Of a stretch of DNA of 64,000 bases, positions 55,014 through 64,000 are shown piece after piece. Positions within the stretch are counted from its first letter, which is position 1. Each line of letters starts with the position of its first letter. The DNA lies in assembly GCA_965223295.1 (NCBI GenBank), contig CBDCWC010000003.1, positions 1,440,001 through 1,504,000 of the forward strand, given 5' to 3'. The stretch is from Nitrospirales bacterium (GTDB taxonomy: Bacteria > Nitrospirota > Nitrospiria > Nitrospirales > UBA8639). The position numbers and the translations under genes are program-made. Below the pieces are notes generated by a model. It saw only the letters and a program-made list of their open reading frames with translations, did not search any database and was not told the origin of the DNA.

Positions 55014-57704
55014 ATGGGTTTAAAGCCAGTTACATCACCAGAAGTTGAAGCCGAGACCATTGAATTGACCATGGATGGGAAAACCGTCCAGGCCAAAGCC
55101 GGCGTCTCGCTCTATGATGTTGTGGCGAGTACGGGCAAGATTGTTCCGGCGATGTGCTACCACTACACCTTCGATCCCTTCGGATCGTGTGGGATGTGCT
55201 TGGTTGCACAAGAAGGGAAAAAAGCTCCTGTCCGTTCCTGCACGGCCAAAGCCGCAGCCGGGATGGTCATCCGAACCGACGGTGAAGATTTATTTTTGGC
55301 CCGAAAAAAAGCAGTGACGAAACATTTATCGGTCCACCCCTTAGACTGCCCAGTCTGCGATGCCGACGGTCATTGCGAGTTACAAGATATGGCCTTTCAT
55401 CATGGCGTGACCAATCTAGACAACGCGAAGCAAAAAAATATCCCCGAAGACACTCGTAGCCTCGTACTGGACTTCAATATGAACCGCTGTATCGCCTGCG
55501 GCGAATGCATCAATATCTGCAAGGATGTGCAACGAATTGATGCCCTGCAGTTTATGAAAAAAGGCGGATTCACGCAGGTGGTGGCGAAGGGCGATCAGCC
55601 TTTGGACTGCGAATTCTGTGGTGATTGTTTAGCGGTCTGTCCTGTGGGTGCCATAACCAATAAGTTTTCCAAGTATGCCTACAAGCCGTGGCAGCTCAAG
55701 AAGACCACGACTACCTGCAATTATTGTGGAGACGGCTGCCAGATCTATGTAGAGACCAAAGATACAGAAGTGGTTCGCGTCACTTCACCACTGTCCTGGA
55801 AAAATAAATGGGGAGATCGCGGTGATACGGTCAATGGGCATGACGGAATCTGTGTGCGAGGTCGATTTGGTTTTCAATTTATTGATAGTCCGTCGCGACT
55901 GAACACGCCCTTGGTCCGGACTGATGCAGGGCTCCAGCCGACTCCCTGGATTGATGCTCTTGAAACAGCAGCGAATCGATTGGGGGCCATTAGATCCCAG
56001 CATGGACCTCAAGCCATCGCTGGACTGATTACTGCACGATGCACGAACGAAGATTTGTACGTCTTCCAAAAGTTTATGCGCACGGTGATTGGGAGCAATC
56101 AACTTGATAGCAGCGCGCGATACGGACATCTTAATTTTGTCCATGCCATGAATGATGCGTTGGGTGTTCCTCGTATGATGAACACGTCTGAGGAAATTAA
56201 TAAAGCCAAAGCGTTCTTGATCGTGGGAGCCAATATTACAGAAACCAATCCTGTGGCTAGTCTTCGGGTTAAATCGGCCATCAGCTTGTATAAGGCTCAA
56301 ACTATTGTTGTTGATTCCTCACAAACCAACATGGCCAAGCTCAGTTCTCACCCCACGATGGTGAATCCAGGAACAGAAGGGCTGTATGTTCAAGGCTTAG
56401 TCAAATCAGTCGTTCATCAGGATTTGATTGATGAAGAAGCGACCCAAAACCACCCTGACGCGTTGTCGGCCTTGAAACGGGCGACGGAAGCCTTTTCTTT
56501 CGAAGAAGTGGCACAACAAACCGGTGCTGATATTGAGCAAATACATGAAGCCGCCAGAATTTTTGCAGAAGCCCCTCGTTCAATCATTATTTGTGGGGAA
56601 GGCATACTTCGGCAGGCCAACGGCTATCAGCACATGTTGCACCTGATTGATTTAGCGTGGCTGACGGGAAAATTAGGGAAAAAAGGGTGTGGGATTAACA
56701 CGTTTACGGAAGAAGCTAATGAACAGGGTGCAATTGATATGGGCGTGGCGCCAGAAATTCTGCCTGGAGTTGTCCCCTACGGAGATAGCCAGGCTCAGGA
56801 ACGATTTACACAAACCTGGAATAGCAATCTCCCAGAAGCCCAGCAGAGCGCCAATCTTATTGATATTATCGACCGCTGCCAAAAAGGTGACATTAAGGCG
56901 CTCTATGTGGTTGGCGAAAACCCGCTGGAAACGTTACCAGCATCATTTGGAGCCAAGGAAGCTCTTGAGAAGTTGGAAGTCCTGGTTTGTCAGGATCCGT
57001 TTCTCACAGAGACTGCCAAGCTCGCACATGTGGTGTTTCCAGTCTCAACCTTTGCGGAAAAAGATGGCACGGTGACGAATCAAGAAGGGAAGGTTCAGTT
57101 CCTTCGCCCTGCTTTGGATTCTCTTGGCGACAGCACCTTAGATTGGCATGTGATCGTAGGGCTTGCCAATGCTCTTGGAACATCAATGGAGTACGAAACC
57201 ACGCAAGATATTCAACAAGAAATTCGAAAGCTGCTCCCTGGTTACTACAACCTTGGGCAAGCTCCGAAGGCACAACCAAATTCTTCGAATTATTTTTCAA
57301 ATGGCTATGTCCAGCAAGTGGAAAAGCGTTATTCCCTCAATGGCAATGGGCAAACGCGTCGACCTTTTGGGCTTCGCATGACACAACTGATTTATCATTC
57401 TGGCAAATTATCGACTCAGGCTTCAGGCCTTATGGAGATATCTTCCAACAAGAAGAGTCTGTTTATGGGACCAGAAGATCTAAAAAATCTTGGTATCACC
57501 TCTGGGGAACGTATTCGTTTGACTTCAGATCAGGGTGCATTGGAAATGACCGTGACGGAAGATACCTCATTAATGCCAGGAACCTGTACGGTGCCTGAAC
57601 ATTTCAATGATCCGCCAGTGAAGGATCTGATGCCCATGCGGGTTGATTCCACGACGGGAGTCCCGTATTTCAAATTGACCTACGTGACTGTTGAAAAAGC
57701 TTAA
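55014..57704 (+). CDS. nuoG: NADH-quinone oxidoreductase subunit G, long FDH-alpha-like form
   Basis: GSCGMC, HPLDCPVCDADGHC, CIACGEC, CEFCGDC, CNYCGDGC; molybdopterin-oxidoreductase-like C-terminus; operon position. Confidence 0.88.
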   Translation: MGLKPVTSPEVEAETIELTMDGKTVQAKAGVSLYDVVASTGKIVPAMCYHYTFDPFGSCGMCLVAQEGKKAPVRSCTAKAAAGMVIRTDGEDLFLARKKAVTKHLSVHPLDCPVCDADGHCELQDMAFHHGVTNLDNAKQKNIPEDTRSLVLDFNMNRCIACGECINICKDVQRIDALQFMKKGGFTQVVAKGDQPLDCEFCGDCLAVCPVGAITNKFSKYAYKPWQLKKTTTTCNYCGDGCQIYVETKDTEVVRVTSPLSWKNKWGDRGDTVNGHDGICVRGRFGFQFIDSPSRLNTPLVRTDAGLQPTPWIDALETAANRLGAIRSQHGPQAIAGLITARCTNEDLYVFQKFMRTVIGSNQLDSSARYGHLNFVHAMNDALGVPRMMNTSEEINKAKAFLIVGANITETNPVASLRVKSAISLYKAQTIVVDSSQTNMAKLSSHPTMVNPGTEGLYVQGLVKSVVHQDLIDEEATQNHPDALSALKRATEAFSFEEVAQQTGADIEQIHEAARIFAEAPRSIIICGEGILRQANGYQHMLHLIDLAWLTGKLGKKGCGINTFTEEANEQGAIDMGVAPEILPGVVPYGDSQAQERFTQTWNSNLPEAQQSANLIDIIDRCQKGDIKALYVVGENPLETLPASFGAKEALEKLEVLVCQDPFLTETAKLAHVVFPVSTFAEKDGTVTNQEGKVQFLRPALDSLGDSTLDWHVIVGLANALGTSMEYETTQDIQQEIRKLLPGYYNLGQAPKAQPNSSNYFSNGYVQQVEKRYSLNGNGQTRRPFGLRMTQLIYHSGKLSTQASGLMEISSNKKSLFMGPEDLKNLGITSGERIRLTSDQGALEMTVTEDTSLMPGTCTVPEHFNDPPVKDLMPMRVDSTTGVPYFKLTYVTVEKA

Positions 57705-57727
57705 CCGGAAAAATTGAACACGTCATT

Positions 57728-58297
57728 ATGACCAACGAAATTACCACGAAAAAGTTTTTTGATGCCGTCTTATTCCGGGAAATTTGGAATGCCGCCAAGG
57801 TCACGCTGAAACATATGTTTCACAAACCCATGACGTTCCAATATCCTCGGGAGAAACGGACGATCCCTGATGCTCATCGTGGAGCGTTGAGCCTCCTGCG
57901 CTACGATGACGGGAAGGAACGATGCGTTGGGTGTGACCTCTGTGAGGCCGCCTGTCCCTCTCGATGTATTAAAGTGATCAGCGAGGAAGATAAATCTCTT
58001 CCGCTCCAACGGTATGCGAAAGAATTTTATATCGATATTACGAAATGCGTGTTTTGCGGCTATTGCGTGGAAGCATGCCCAGTCAATGCCTTAGCAATGA
58101 CGAAGGTGTATGAATTTTCCACCCATGATAAACGCACCCTCATGTTTGATAAAAAACGCTTGTATGAAATTGGCGAACGACATTTAGATGATGCCAAGAA
58201 GTATTTATATGCTCATAACCAAGAGAAGGAAGGTGAGGAAAGTCAGGCGTATCGCTACCATTTTCCCGTCTCCATTCAAAACGCGCAGGATCCATAA
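57728..58297 (+). CDS. nuoI: NADH-quinone oxidoreductase subunit I
   Basis: CVGCDLCEAACP, CVFCGYCVEACP. Confidence 0.95.
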   Translation: MTNEITTKKFFDAVLFREIWNAAKVTLKHMFHKPMTFQYPREKRTIPDAHRGALSLLRYDDGKERCVGCDLCEAACPSRCIKVISEEDKSLPLQRYAKEFYIDITKCVFCGYCVEACPVNALAMTKVYEFSTHDKRTLMFDKKRLYEIGERHLDDAKKYLYAHNQEKEGEESQAYRYHFPVSIQNAQDP

Positions 58298-58306
58298 GAC
58301 CAATCT

Positions 58307-58846
58307 ATGATGTGGCTTCTTTTCATATACTTTGCTGCGGTGAGTGTCGCGGCAGGGGTGTTAACCGTGTCTCTGCGGAATGCGGTGCATTCCGCCTTGG
58401 CCTTACTCACGCTCCTCCTTCATATGGCGGGGCTCTTTGTCATGCTCAATGCCGAGTTCTTGGCCATGGTACAAATCATCGTCTACGCCGGAGCGATTTT
58501 GATTTTGTATTTGTTCGTTTTGATGTTGATGAACTTAAAAACTGAAGAACAGCATCTCCATAAGAAACATTCTTATGTATTGTTCGCAAGCATGGGTCTT
58601 CTCGGCGAACTGCTCATTCTCTTGCTGCTCTCCCCATATGGGGGCATTGTTGGAACAGCCACGCCGGAAGTGCTTTTAGAAACTGGGCCCAGCCATGCTG
58701 TGGGAATCACGATGTTCAGCGACTATTTATTGCTGTTTGAGATTGTAGGAATTTTCTTGTTGGGCGCCGTCATCGGAGCCATTGTCTTAGCCAAGACTCC
58801 ATCCAAACCAGATACGCAAGAACCCGTTCAATCCCCCATATCCTAA
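58307..58846 (+). CDS. nuoJ: NADH-quinone oxidoreductase subunit J
   Basis: AEFLAMVQIIVYAGAI, YLLLFE. Confidence 0.95.
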   Translation: MMWLLFIYFAAVSVAAGVLTVSLRNAVHSALALLTLLLHMAGLFVMLNAEFLAMVQIIVYAGAILILYLFVLMLMNLKTEEQHLHKKHSYVLFASMGLLGELLILLLLSPYGGIVGTATPEVLLETGPSHAVGITMFSDYLLLFEIVGIFLLGAVIGAIVLAKTPSKPDTQEPVQSPIS

Positions 58847-58851
58847 ACCCG

Positions 58852-59154
58852 ATGATTCCCCTCTCTGCCTATGTTGCCGTCAGTGCTATCTTGTTCATGA
58901 CGGGATTGGTAGGGGTTCTCATTCGGCGTAACTTTATCATCGTCCTCATGAGCGTGGAGATTATGTTGAATGCCGCCAATATTAATTTAGTGGCGTTTTC
59001 CCATTATTTACATTCTATGGCTGGACAAATGACCGCTCTTTTTATCATTGCCGTTGCGGCGGCTGAAGCTGCTGTGGGGCTCGCTATTATTATTGTGATC
59101 TTCCGCGGGAAGATGGCCACTAATGTGGACCAAATCAATATTCTGAAGTGGTAA
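58852..59154 (+). CDS. nuoK: NADH-quinone oxidoreductase subunit K
   Basis: RRN...MSVEIMLN, AAAEAAVGLA. Confidence 0.96.
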   Translation: MIPLSAYVAVSAILFMTGLVGVLIRRNFIIVLMSVEIMLNAANINLVAFSHYLHSMAGQMTALFIIAVAAAEAAVGLAIIIVIFRGKMATNVDQINILKW

Positions 59155-59155
59155 C

Positions 59156-61153
59156 GTGTTTGATTTACTGGTTCTGCTGATCCCTCTTTTTCCGCTTCTG
59201 GCTGTTTTAGCCAATGGGTTCTATGGCTCACGATATTCGCATGAGTGGGCGGGACGGCTGGCGTTTGGGTCAGTGGGCTTATCCTTTCTCTGTACCCTCG
59301 GGGTCTTTTCATCTGTCCTAGCCAACCCCGACCCCCGTGAAGTGATTGCCTGGTCCTGGATTTTCGGAGGCAATCTTTCTGTCAACCTGGCTTTTTTAAT
59401 TGATCCTCTCACCACCATTATGCTGTTGGTGGTCACCGGCGTCGGTTTCCTCATCCATGTCTATTCTGTGGGCTATATGCATGGAGAAGAAGGATTCACG
59501 CGGTTCTTCACCTACATGAACCTCTTCATGGTTTCCATGCTCTTGCTAGTGATGGGGGGGAACTACGTGGTGTTATTCATTGGCTGGGAAGGTGTAGGGC
59601 TCTGTTCCTATTTGCTCATTGGGTATTACTACGAGAAAGTTTCCGCGGGAAAAGCGGCCACTAAAGCCTTTGTGGTGAACAGAATTGGTGATGCTGGATT
59701 TTTGTTAGCGGTATTCTTGATCTTTTCCCACTTCGGATCACTGGACTACACCACGGTCTTGTCTCAAGCCTCAACGCTGTCGATTGAAATGGCTACGGCT
59801 ATCACGATCTGTCTCCTCATTGGAGCATTTGGAAAATCGGCGCAACTACCTTTGTATACCTGGTTGCCTGATGCGATGGAGGGACCAACGCCAGTTAGTG
59901 CCCTCATCCATGCCGCAACGATGGTAACGGCCGGCGTCTATATGGTAGTTCGCAATCATGTGTTATTTGATATGGCTCCCATCGCGTTAACGACCGTGGG
60001 CATTATTGGGGGAGTCACGGCTTTATTCGCCGCCACAATCGGCTTGGTACAAAATGACATTAAGCGCGTCTTAGCCTATTCAACGGTTAGCCAATTAGGC
60101 TACATGTTCCTGGCCTGCGGAGTTGGGGCCTATACGGCGGCAATCTTTCATTTGGTGACGCACGCCTTTTTTAAAGCCCTGCTCTTTTTATCTGCCGGCG
60201 CGGTAATTCACTCACTTCATCACGAACAAGATATTCGAAAAATGGGGGGGCTCTACAAGAAAATTCCCATTACTCACATCGTCTTTCTAATTGGCACACT
60301 TGCCATTGCGGGTATTCCCCCATTAGCGGGGTTTTGGAGTAAAGATGAAATCATGGCTCATGCCTTTGTGCATGGCTATTACCATTTATATCTTCTCGCG
60401 GCTATCGGTGCATTTCTGACCAGTTTTTATATGTTTCGCCTGACCTATCTGACGTTCTACGGGGAATCTCGTGTGGAGCCTCATGTCGCTAAGCATATTC
60501 ATGAATCCCCCCCCATTATGATCGTGCCACTCATGATCCTTGCTGGGTTGGCTGTGGTCGGAGGTTTTTTAGGGGTTCCTCCAGAGCATGGTTGGTTCCA
60601 CGGGTTTTTACATGATGTAGCTACGCCAACGGGTGCCGAACCTCATGCCGTGGAAATGGGCACACTCCTGGGATTAATGGGTGTGGCTATTGCTATTGCC
60701 TTAGGTGGGTGGGGACTGGCCCATTACATGTATGCCATTCGTCCACAGATGGCCAACGAATGGGCTCAGACCTACTCACAAGCTTATACCACCTTGCTTA
60801 ACAAATATTATGTCGACGAGTTCTATGACCGGATCATTGTCGAACCGTTTAAAAAACTCGGAATGATCTGGGACTGGTTTGATGAACAGATACTCGACCG
60901 TTTCGTGAATGGCATTGGGAAGGGAACAGATATCAGTGCTGCCGCGATTACGTGGACAGAAAAGCATGTCATCTATGCTGGGTTGAATATCGTGGGCTAT
61001 GCCAATCATGTGCTGGCTTGGTCATGGCGGAAATTGCAAAGCGGCATGGTTCATCATTATGCCGCCGTTCTGTTCATTGGGCTCGCAATCTTAATTCATC
61101 TCGTGGCGCTGTGGTTTGTCGGATCAACTTCTTTTGGCTCCAGTAGTTACTGA
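59156..61153 (+). CDS. nuoL: NADH-quinone oxidoreductase subunit L, extended lateral helix
   Basis: GWEGVG, GKSAQLPL.TWLPDAMEGPTPVSALIH, HAFFKALLF, GFWSKD. Confidence 0.96.
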   Translation: MFDLLVLLIPLFPLLAVLANGFYGSRYSHEWAGRLAFGSVGLSFLCTLGVFSSVLANPDPREVIAWSWIFGGNLSVNLAFLIDPLTTIMLLVVTGVGFLIHVYSVGYMHGEEGFTRFFTYMNLFMVSMLLLVMGGNYVVLFIGWEGVGLCSYLLIGYYYEKVSAGKAATKAFVVNRIGDAGFLLAVFLIFSHFGSLDYTTVLSQASTLSIEMATAITICLLIGAFGKSAQLPLYTWLPDAMEGPTPVSALIHAATMVTAGVYMVVRNHVLFDMAPIALTTVGIIGGVTALFAATIGLVQNDIKRVLAYSTVSQLGYMFLACGVGAYTAAIFHLVTHAFFKALLFLSAGAVIHSLHHEQDIRKMGGLYKKIPITHIVFLIGTLAIAGIPPLAGFWSKDEIMAHAFVHGYYHLYLLAAIGAFLTSFYMFRLTYLTFYGESRVEPHVAKHIHESPPIMIVPLMILAGLAVVGGFLGVPPEHGWFHGFLHDVATPTGAEPHAVEMGTLLGLMGVAIAIALGGWGLAHYMYAIRPQMANEWAQTYSQAYTTLLNKYYVDEFYDRIIVEPFKKLGMIWDWFDEQILDRFVNGIGKGTDISAAAITWTEKHVIYAGLNIVGYANHVLAWSWRKLQSGMVHHYAAVLFIGLAILIHLVALWFVGSTSFGSSSY

Positions 61154-61162
61154 TTCATTCCT

Positions 61163-62716
61163 ATGCAAGAAGAACTGACATTTGGCTTCCCCTTTTTGAC
61201 CTTTCTCACCTTCTTCCCATTACTGGGTGCATTGTTGGTGTGGGGGTTGAAGGATCATGCTCAAGTTCGCTTGGCCACGCTTGGCATTGCCAGCCTTGAA
61301 ATGGTTGTCGCCGCAATCATGTTAATGCTCTTTGTCCCAGACACGGCCGCCATGCAATTTGTGGAACGGGCTGAATGGATTCCATTCCTGGGTATTAGCT
61401 ATCACCTCGCCGTAGATGGTATCAGTGTGCTCTTTCTTGGACTCACGGCTTTTTTGACTGTGCTGTTAGTGTTGTATTCCTGGGATTCCGTCACGCTGAA
61501 ACCCAAAGCCTTTTATATGAGTATTTTGGCTTTGGAAACCACCTTCATGGGTATTTTTGCTTCGATCGACTTGATTGTCTTCTTTGTCTTTTGGGAACTC
61601 ATGCTCATTCCCAGTTACTTCCTGATTAAAATATGGGGACCTGGGGAAGATTGCCACTATGCCGCATTGAAATATGTGCTCTATACCCTCTTAGGCAGCG
61701 TCTTTATGTTGGTGGGATTTTGCCTTCTGAGCTTGAATTATTTTGAGGCTAAGCAGGTCTACAGCTTTGACTTTATTGATCTGCTGTCTGTGCAAATCCA
61801 ACTCAGTCAACAGCTGCTAATATTCTGGTTAATTTTCCTCGGGCTCGCATTCAAGGCGCCGGTATTTCCATTTCACTCCTGGTTTCCCGACGCTCTTGTC
61901 CAGGGGCCTATTCCGATGTCCGTCATGTTTGCCGGAATCAAAATGGGCACGTATGGTTTCTTGCGATTTTCCATGCCTTTGCTTCCAGATGCCTCCCGCA
62001 ATGAGACCGTTGTGGTCATCCTCATGATGTTAGGGTTGGCTGCAGTGGTGTATGGGGCTATCGTAGCCATTATCCAACCCGACTTTCGACGTCTGCTGGT
62101 CTTCAGCAGTATTAGTCACTTGGGATTTGTTGTGATTGGGTTATTTGCGTTGAACTTCCAAGGCATCCAGGGCAGCTTGCTCACGATGATTAACCTGGGC
62201 TTTAGCACGGCAGGGTTATTTTTTCTAGCTGGATTTATGTACGAACGGTTAGGTCATACAGATGTTCGGCAGTGTACCGGCCTCGCGAAGAAAATGCCCT
62301 TGTTGGCCATCTTCATGCTTATTATTGGCATGGCCTCAATTGGTCTCCCGGGAACAAATGGGTTTGTTGGGGAATTTCTCATTTTGCTGGGTGTCTTTCA
62401 AGCGGGATGGCTGTATGGAGCCATTGCCGTCACGGGAGTCATCTTTGCCGCCGCCTATTTTCTATGGTTTTACGAGCGCGCGATCTTTGGGCCTCTGAAA
62501 GAAAGTTTGCCTGCGGTAATCCCTGACCTCAATACTCGGGAATGGGCAATTGGTGTCTCACTCTCGGTGATGATCTTTTGGATTGGTCTGTACCCCTCTC
62601 CATTTTTGCGAATGATTAATGGGTCAGTGCAGGCTGTTGTGGAACGCTTAGATCCAGCCATGACCACTGCTCAATATGATGTCCCATCACATTCTCAAGA
62701 TATGCTGCGAAATTAA
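61163..62716 (+). CDS. nuoM: NADH-quinone oxidoreductase subunit M, first copy
   Basis: VDGIS, FWELM, FKAPVFPFHSW, SSISHLG, GLPGTNGFVGE. Confidence 0.94.
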   Translation: MQEELTFGFPFLTFLTFFPLLGALLVWGLKDHAQVRLATLGIASLEMVVAAIMLMLFVPDTAAMQFVERAEWIPFLGISYHLAVDGISVLFLGLTAFLTVLLVLYSWDSVTLKPKAFYMSILALETTFMGIFASIDLIVFFVFWELMLIPSYFLIKIWGPGEDCHYAALKYVLYTLLGSVFMLVGFCLLSLNYFEAKQVYSFDFIDLLSVQIQLSQQLLIFWLIFLGLAFKAPVFPFHSWFPDALVQGPIPMSVMFAGIKMGTYGFLRFSMPLLPDASRNETVVVILMMLGLAAVVYGAIVAIIQPDFRRLLVFSSISHLGFVVIGLFALNFQGIQGSLLTMINLGFSTAGLFFLAGFMYERLGHTDVRQCTGLAKKMPLLAIFMLIIGMASIGLPGTNGFVGEFLILLGVFQAGWLYGAIAVTGVIFAAAYFLWFYERAIFGPLKESLPAVIPDLNTREWAIGVSLSVMIFWIGLYPSPFLRMINGSVQAVVERLDPAMTTAQYDVPSHSQDMLRN

Positions 62717-62721
62717 GTGCA

Positions 62722-64000
62722 ATGGGTGAATATTCCTTATTAATTATTCTCTTTGCTCCATTTCTGGGATCAATCGCCCTCATCTTCATTCCTCGACAAG
62801 AGGAATTGATGGTGCGAATGACGGCGGCTGTTTCTGCCGGTATCAGTCTCTTAGCATCATTTTATATCTTCTTTGCCTATGACACCGCCAAAGGTGGTTT
62901 CCAGTTTGTCCAGCGATTTGCTTGGTCGGAGGAACTTGGCATTGCCTTTTATGTTGGCGTTGATGGCATTGGCGGGCCACTCGTGTTTGCTTCGGCCATC
63001 CTATTGTTTGCTGGAGTATTTGTATCTTGGCATATCAAAGACCGGACCAAAGAATTTTATATTTTTCTCCTGATCCTCGCGGCTGCCACCATCGGTGTCT
63101 TTATGTCCCTGGATCTATTCTTCTTGTATTTCTTCTATGAAATGTCTGTACTGCCCATGTATTTATTGTTGGGCGTATGGGGGAGCCATACTAAGGGCTA
63201 CCTCTCTATGACCGACCCCGAGGGGCTGAAGCTTCGTGATTCCGTGAACTTCATTTTCAATTTTGGGTCCAACAGCAAAGAATATGCTGCTATGAAGCTG
63301 ACGCTCTTCTTGTCAGCCGGCGCCGTCATGGCGCTGATGGGCATTTTACTAATCTATCATATGTCGGGATTGCATACCTTTGATATTCTCGTTCTCCGCG
63401 AACAAGCTAAGTTTTCCGATACGATGTCAACAGTTATCTGGATTCTGATCTTTTTTGGGTTTGCTTCGATTGCGCCGATATGGCCGTTGCATTCCTGGTC
63501 GCCCGTTGGTCATGCAGCTGCCCCTGCTGCCACCAGCATGTTGCATGCTGGCGTTCTGATGAAACTGGGGCATTTTTCGATTATTCGTGTGGGCTTTGAA
63601 ATTTTGCCTGAAACTACACGTGATCTCATGTGGATTGCAGCTGTCCTGTGTGTTGGTTCAATTATTTATGGTGGGTTGGTGTCGTATTTTGCTAAGGACA
63701 CGAAATATGTCATTGGTTATTCCAGTTCCAGTCACATGGGCTATATCTTTTTAGGTATGGCGGCCTTGAGTTATATCAGTCTTTCAGGAGCCGTGATTTA
63801 TATGTTTGCCCATGCTTTGGCCACGAGTATGTTGTTTGCCATGGCTGGGTGGGTCTATGACCAAACCCACACCCGAGATATCCCCTCTTTGGGTGGCCTC
63901 GTGGACAAGATGCCTTTTATTGCGGGCGCATTTATTGTGGCCTGTATGGCCTCCATTGGGATGCCGGGCACGATTAATTTCGTTGCCGAAGTCATGATCA
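62722..64000 (+). CDS. nuoM: NADH-quinone oxidoreductase subunit M, second copy (truncated by window end)
   Basis: Not in the ORF track. Read manually from ATG 62722: MGEYSLL...VDGIG...FFYEM...WPLHSW...YSSSSHMG...GMPGTINFVAE. Confidence 0.92.
   Translation, partial: MGEYSLLIILFAPFLGSIALIFIPRQEELMVRMTAAVSAGISLLASFYIFFAYDTAKGGFQFVQRFAWSEELGIAFYVGVDGIGGPLVFASAILLFAGVFVSWHIKDRTKEFYIFLLILAAATIGVFMSLDLFFLYFFYEMSVLPMYLLLGVWGSHTKGYLSMTDPEGLKLRDSVNFIFNFGSNSKEYAAMKLTLFLSAGAVMALMGILLIYHMSGLHTFDILVLREQAKFSDTMSTVIWILIFFGFASIAPIWPLHSWSPVGHAAAPAATSMLHAGVLMKLGHFSIIRVGFEILPETTRDLMWIAAVLCVGSIIYGGLVSYFAKDTKYVIGYSSSSHMGYIFLGMAALSYISLSGAVIYMFAHALATSMLFAMAGWVYDQTHTRDIPSLGGLVDKMPFIAGAFIVACMASIGMPGTINFVAEVMI

Noticed and set aside
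55014-57704. Formate dehydrogenase or selenoprotein call
   Set aside because: No Cys or in-frame TGA at the Mo-ligand position, and it sits in the nuoG slot.
1-64000. CRISPR array, rRNA, prophage, transposase or integron
   Set aside because: No regularly spaced repeats or such genes seen; the repeats are dispersed and carry TIRs and TSDs.

Overview
Chromosomal window from a nitrite-oxidising Nitrospirota bacterium (Nitrospira-like), probably salt-adapted. Core energy genes: a periplasmic-type nxrAB pair without nxrC, split pntAA-pntAB-pntB, and a 2M-type complex I operon (nuoA-B-[extra gene]-C-D-G-I-J-K-L-M-M, running off the window end). Other content: ybbAP/tesA-like genes, tRNA-Gly(GCC), ugd, rpsU, nth, gcvT, phoD and a probable copper-uptake trio. 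A long minus-strand run of five HEAT/PBS-lyase-repeat genes, headed by a degenerate alkaline-phosphatase-fold gene, is interrupted by a ~5 kb accessory block. That block holds a decayed RHH-ParE toxin-antitoxin pair, a BCCT transporter and a fused glycine/sarcosine/dimethylglycine methyltransferase behind an attenuator-like leader. Best non-obvious signals: (1) a modular MITE family with five copies plus one solo end, nested terminal repeats and verifiable 5-bp target duplications, whose folded core motif is shared, with compensatory changes, by a second element with different ends; (2) the HEAT operon; (3) the candidate riboswitch/attenuator; (4) a secreted His/Met/Cys protein gene inside the complex I operon; (5) a 53-aa exported membrane protein missed by the ORF track. 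No CRISPR, rRNA, integrase or transposase was seen. All calls come from reading motifs by eye; no searches were run.
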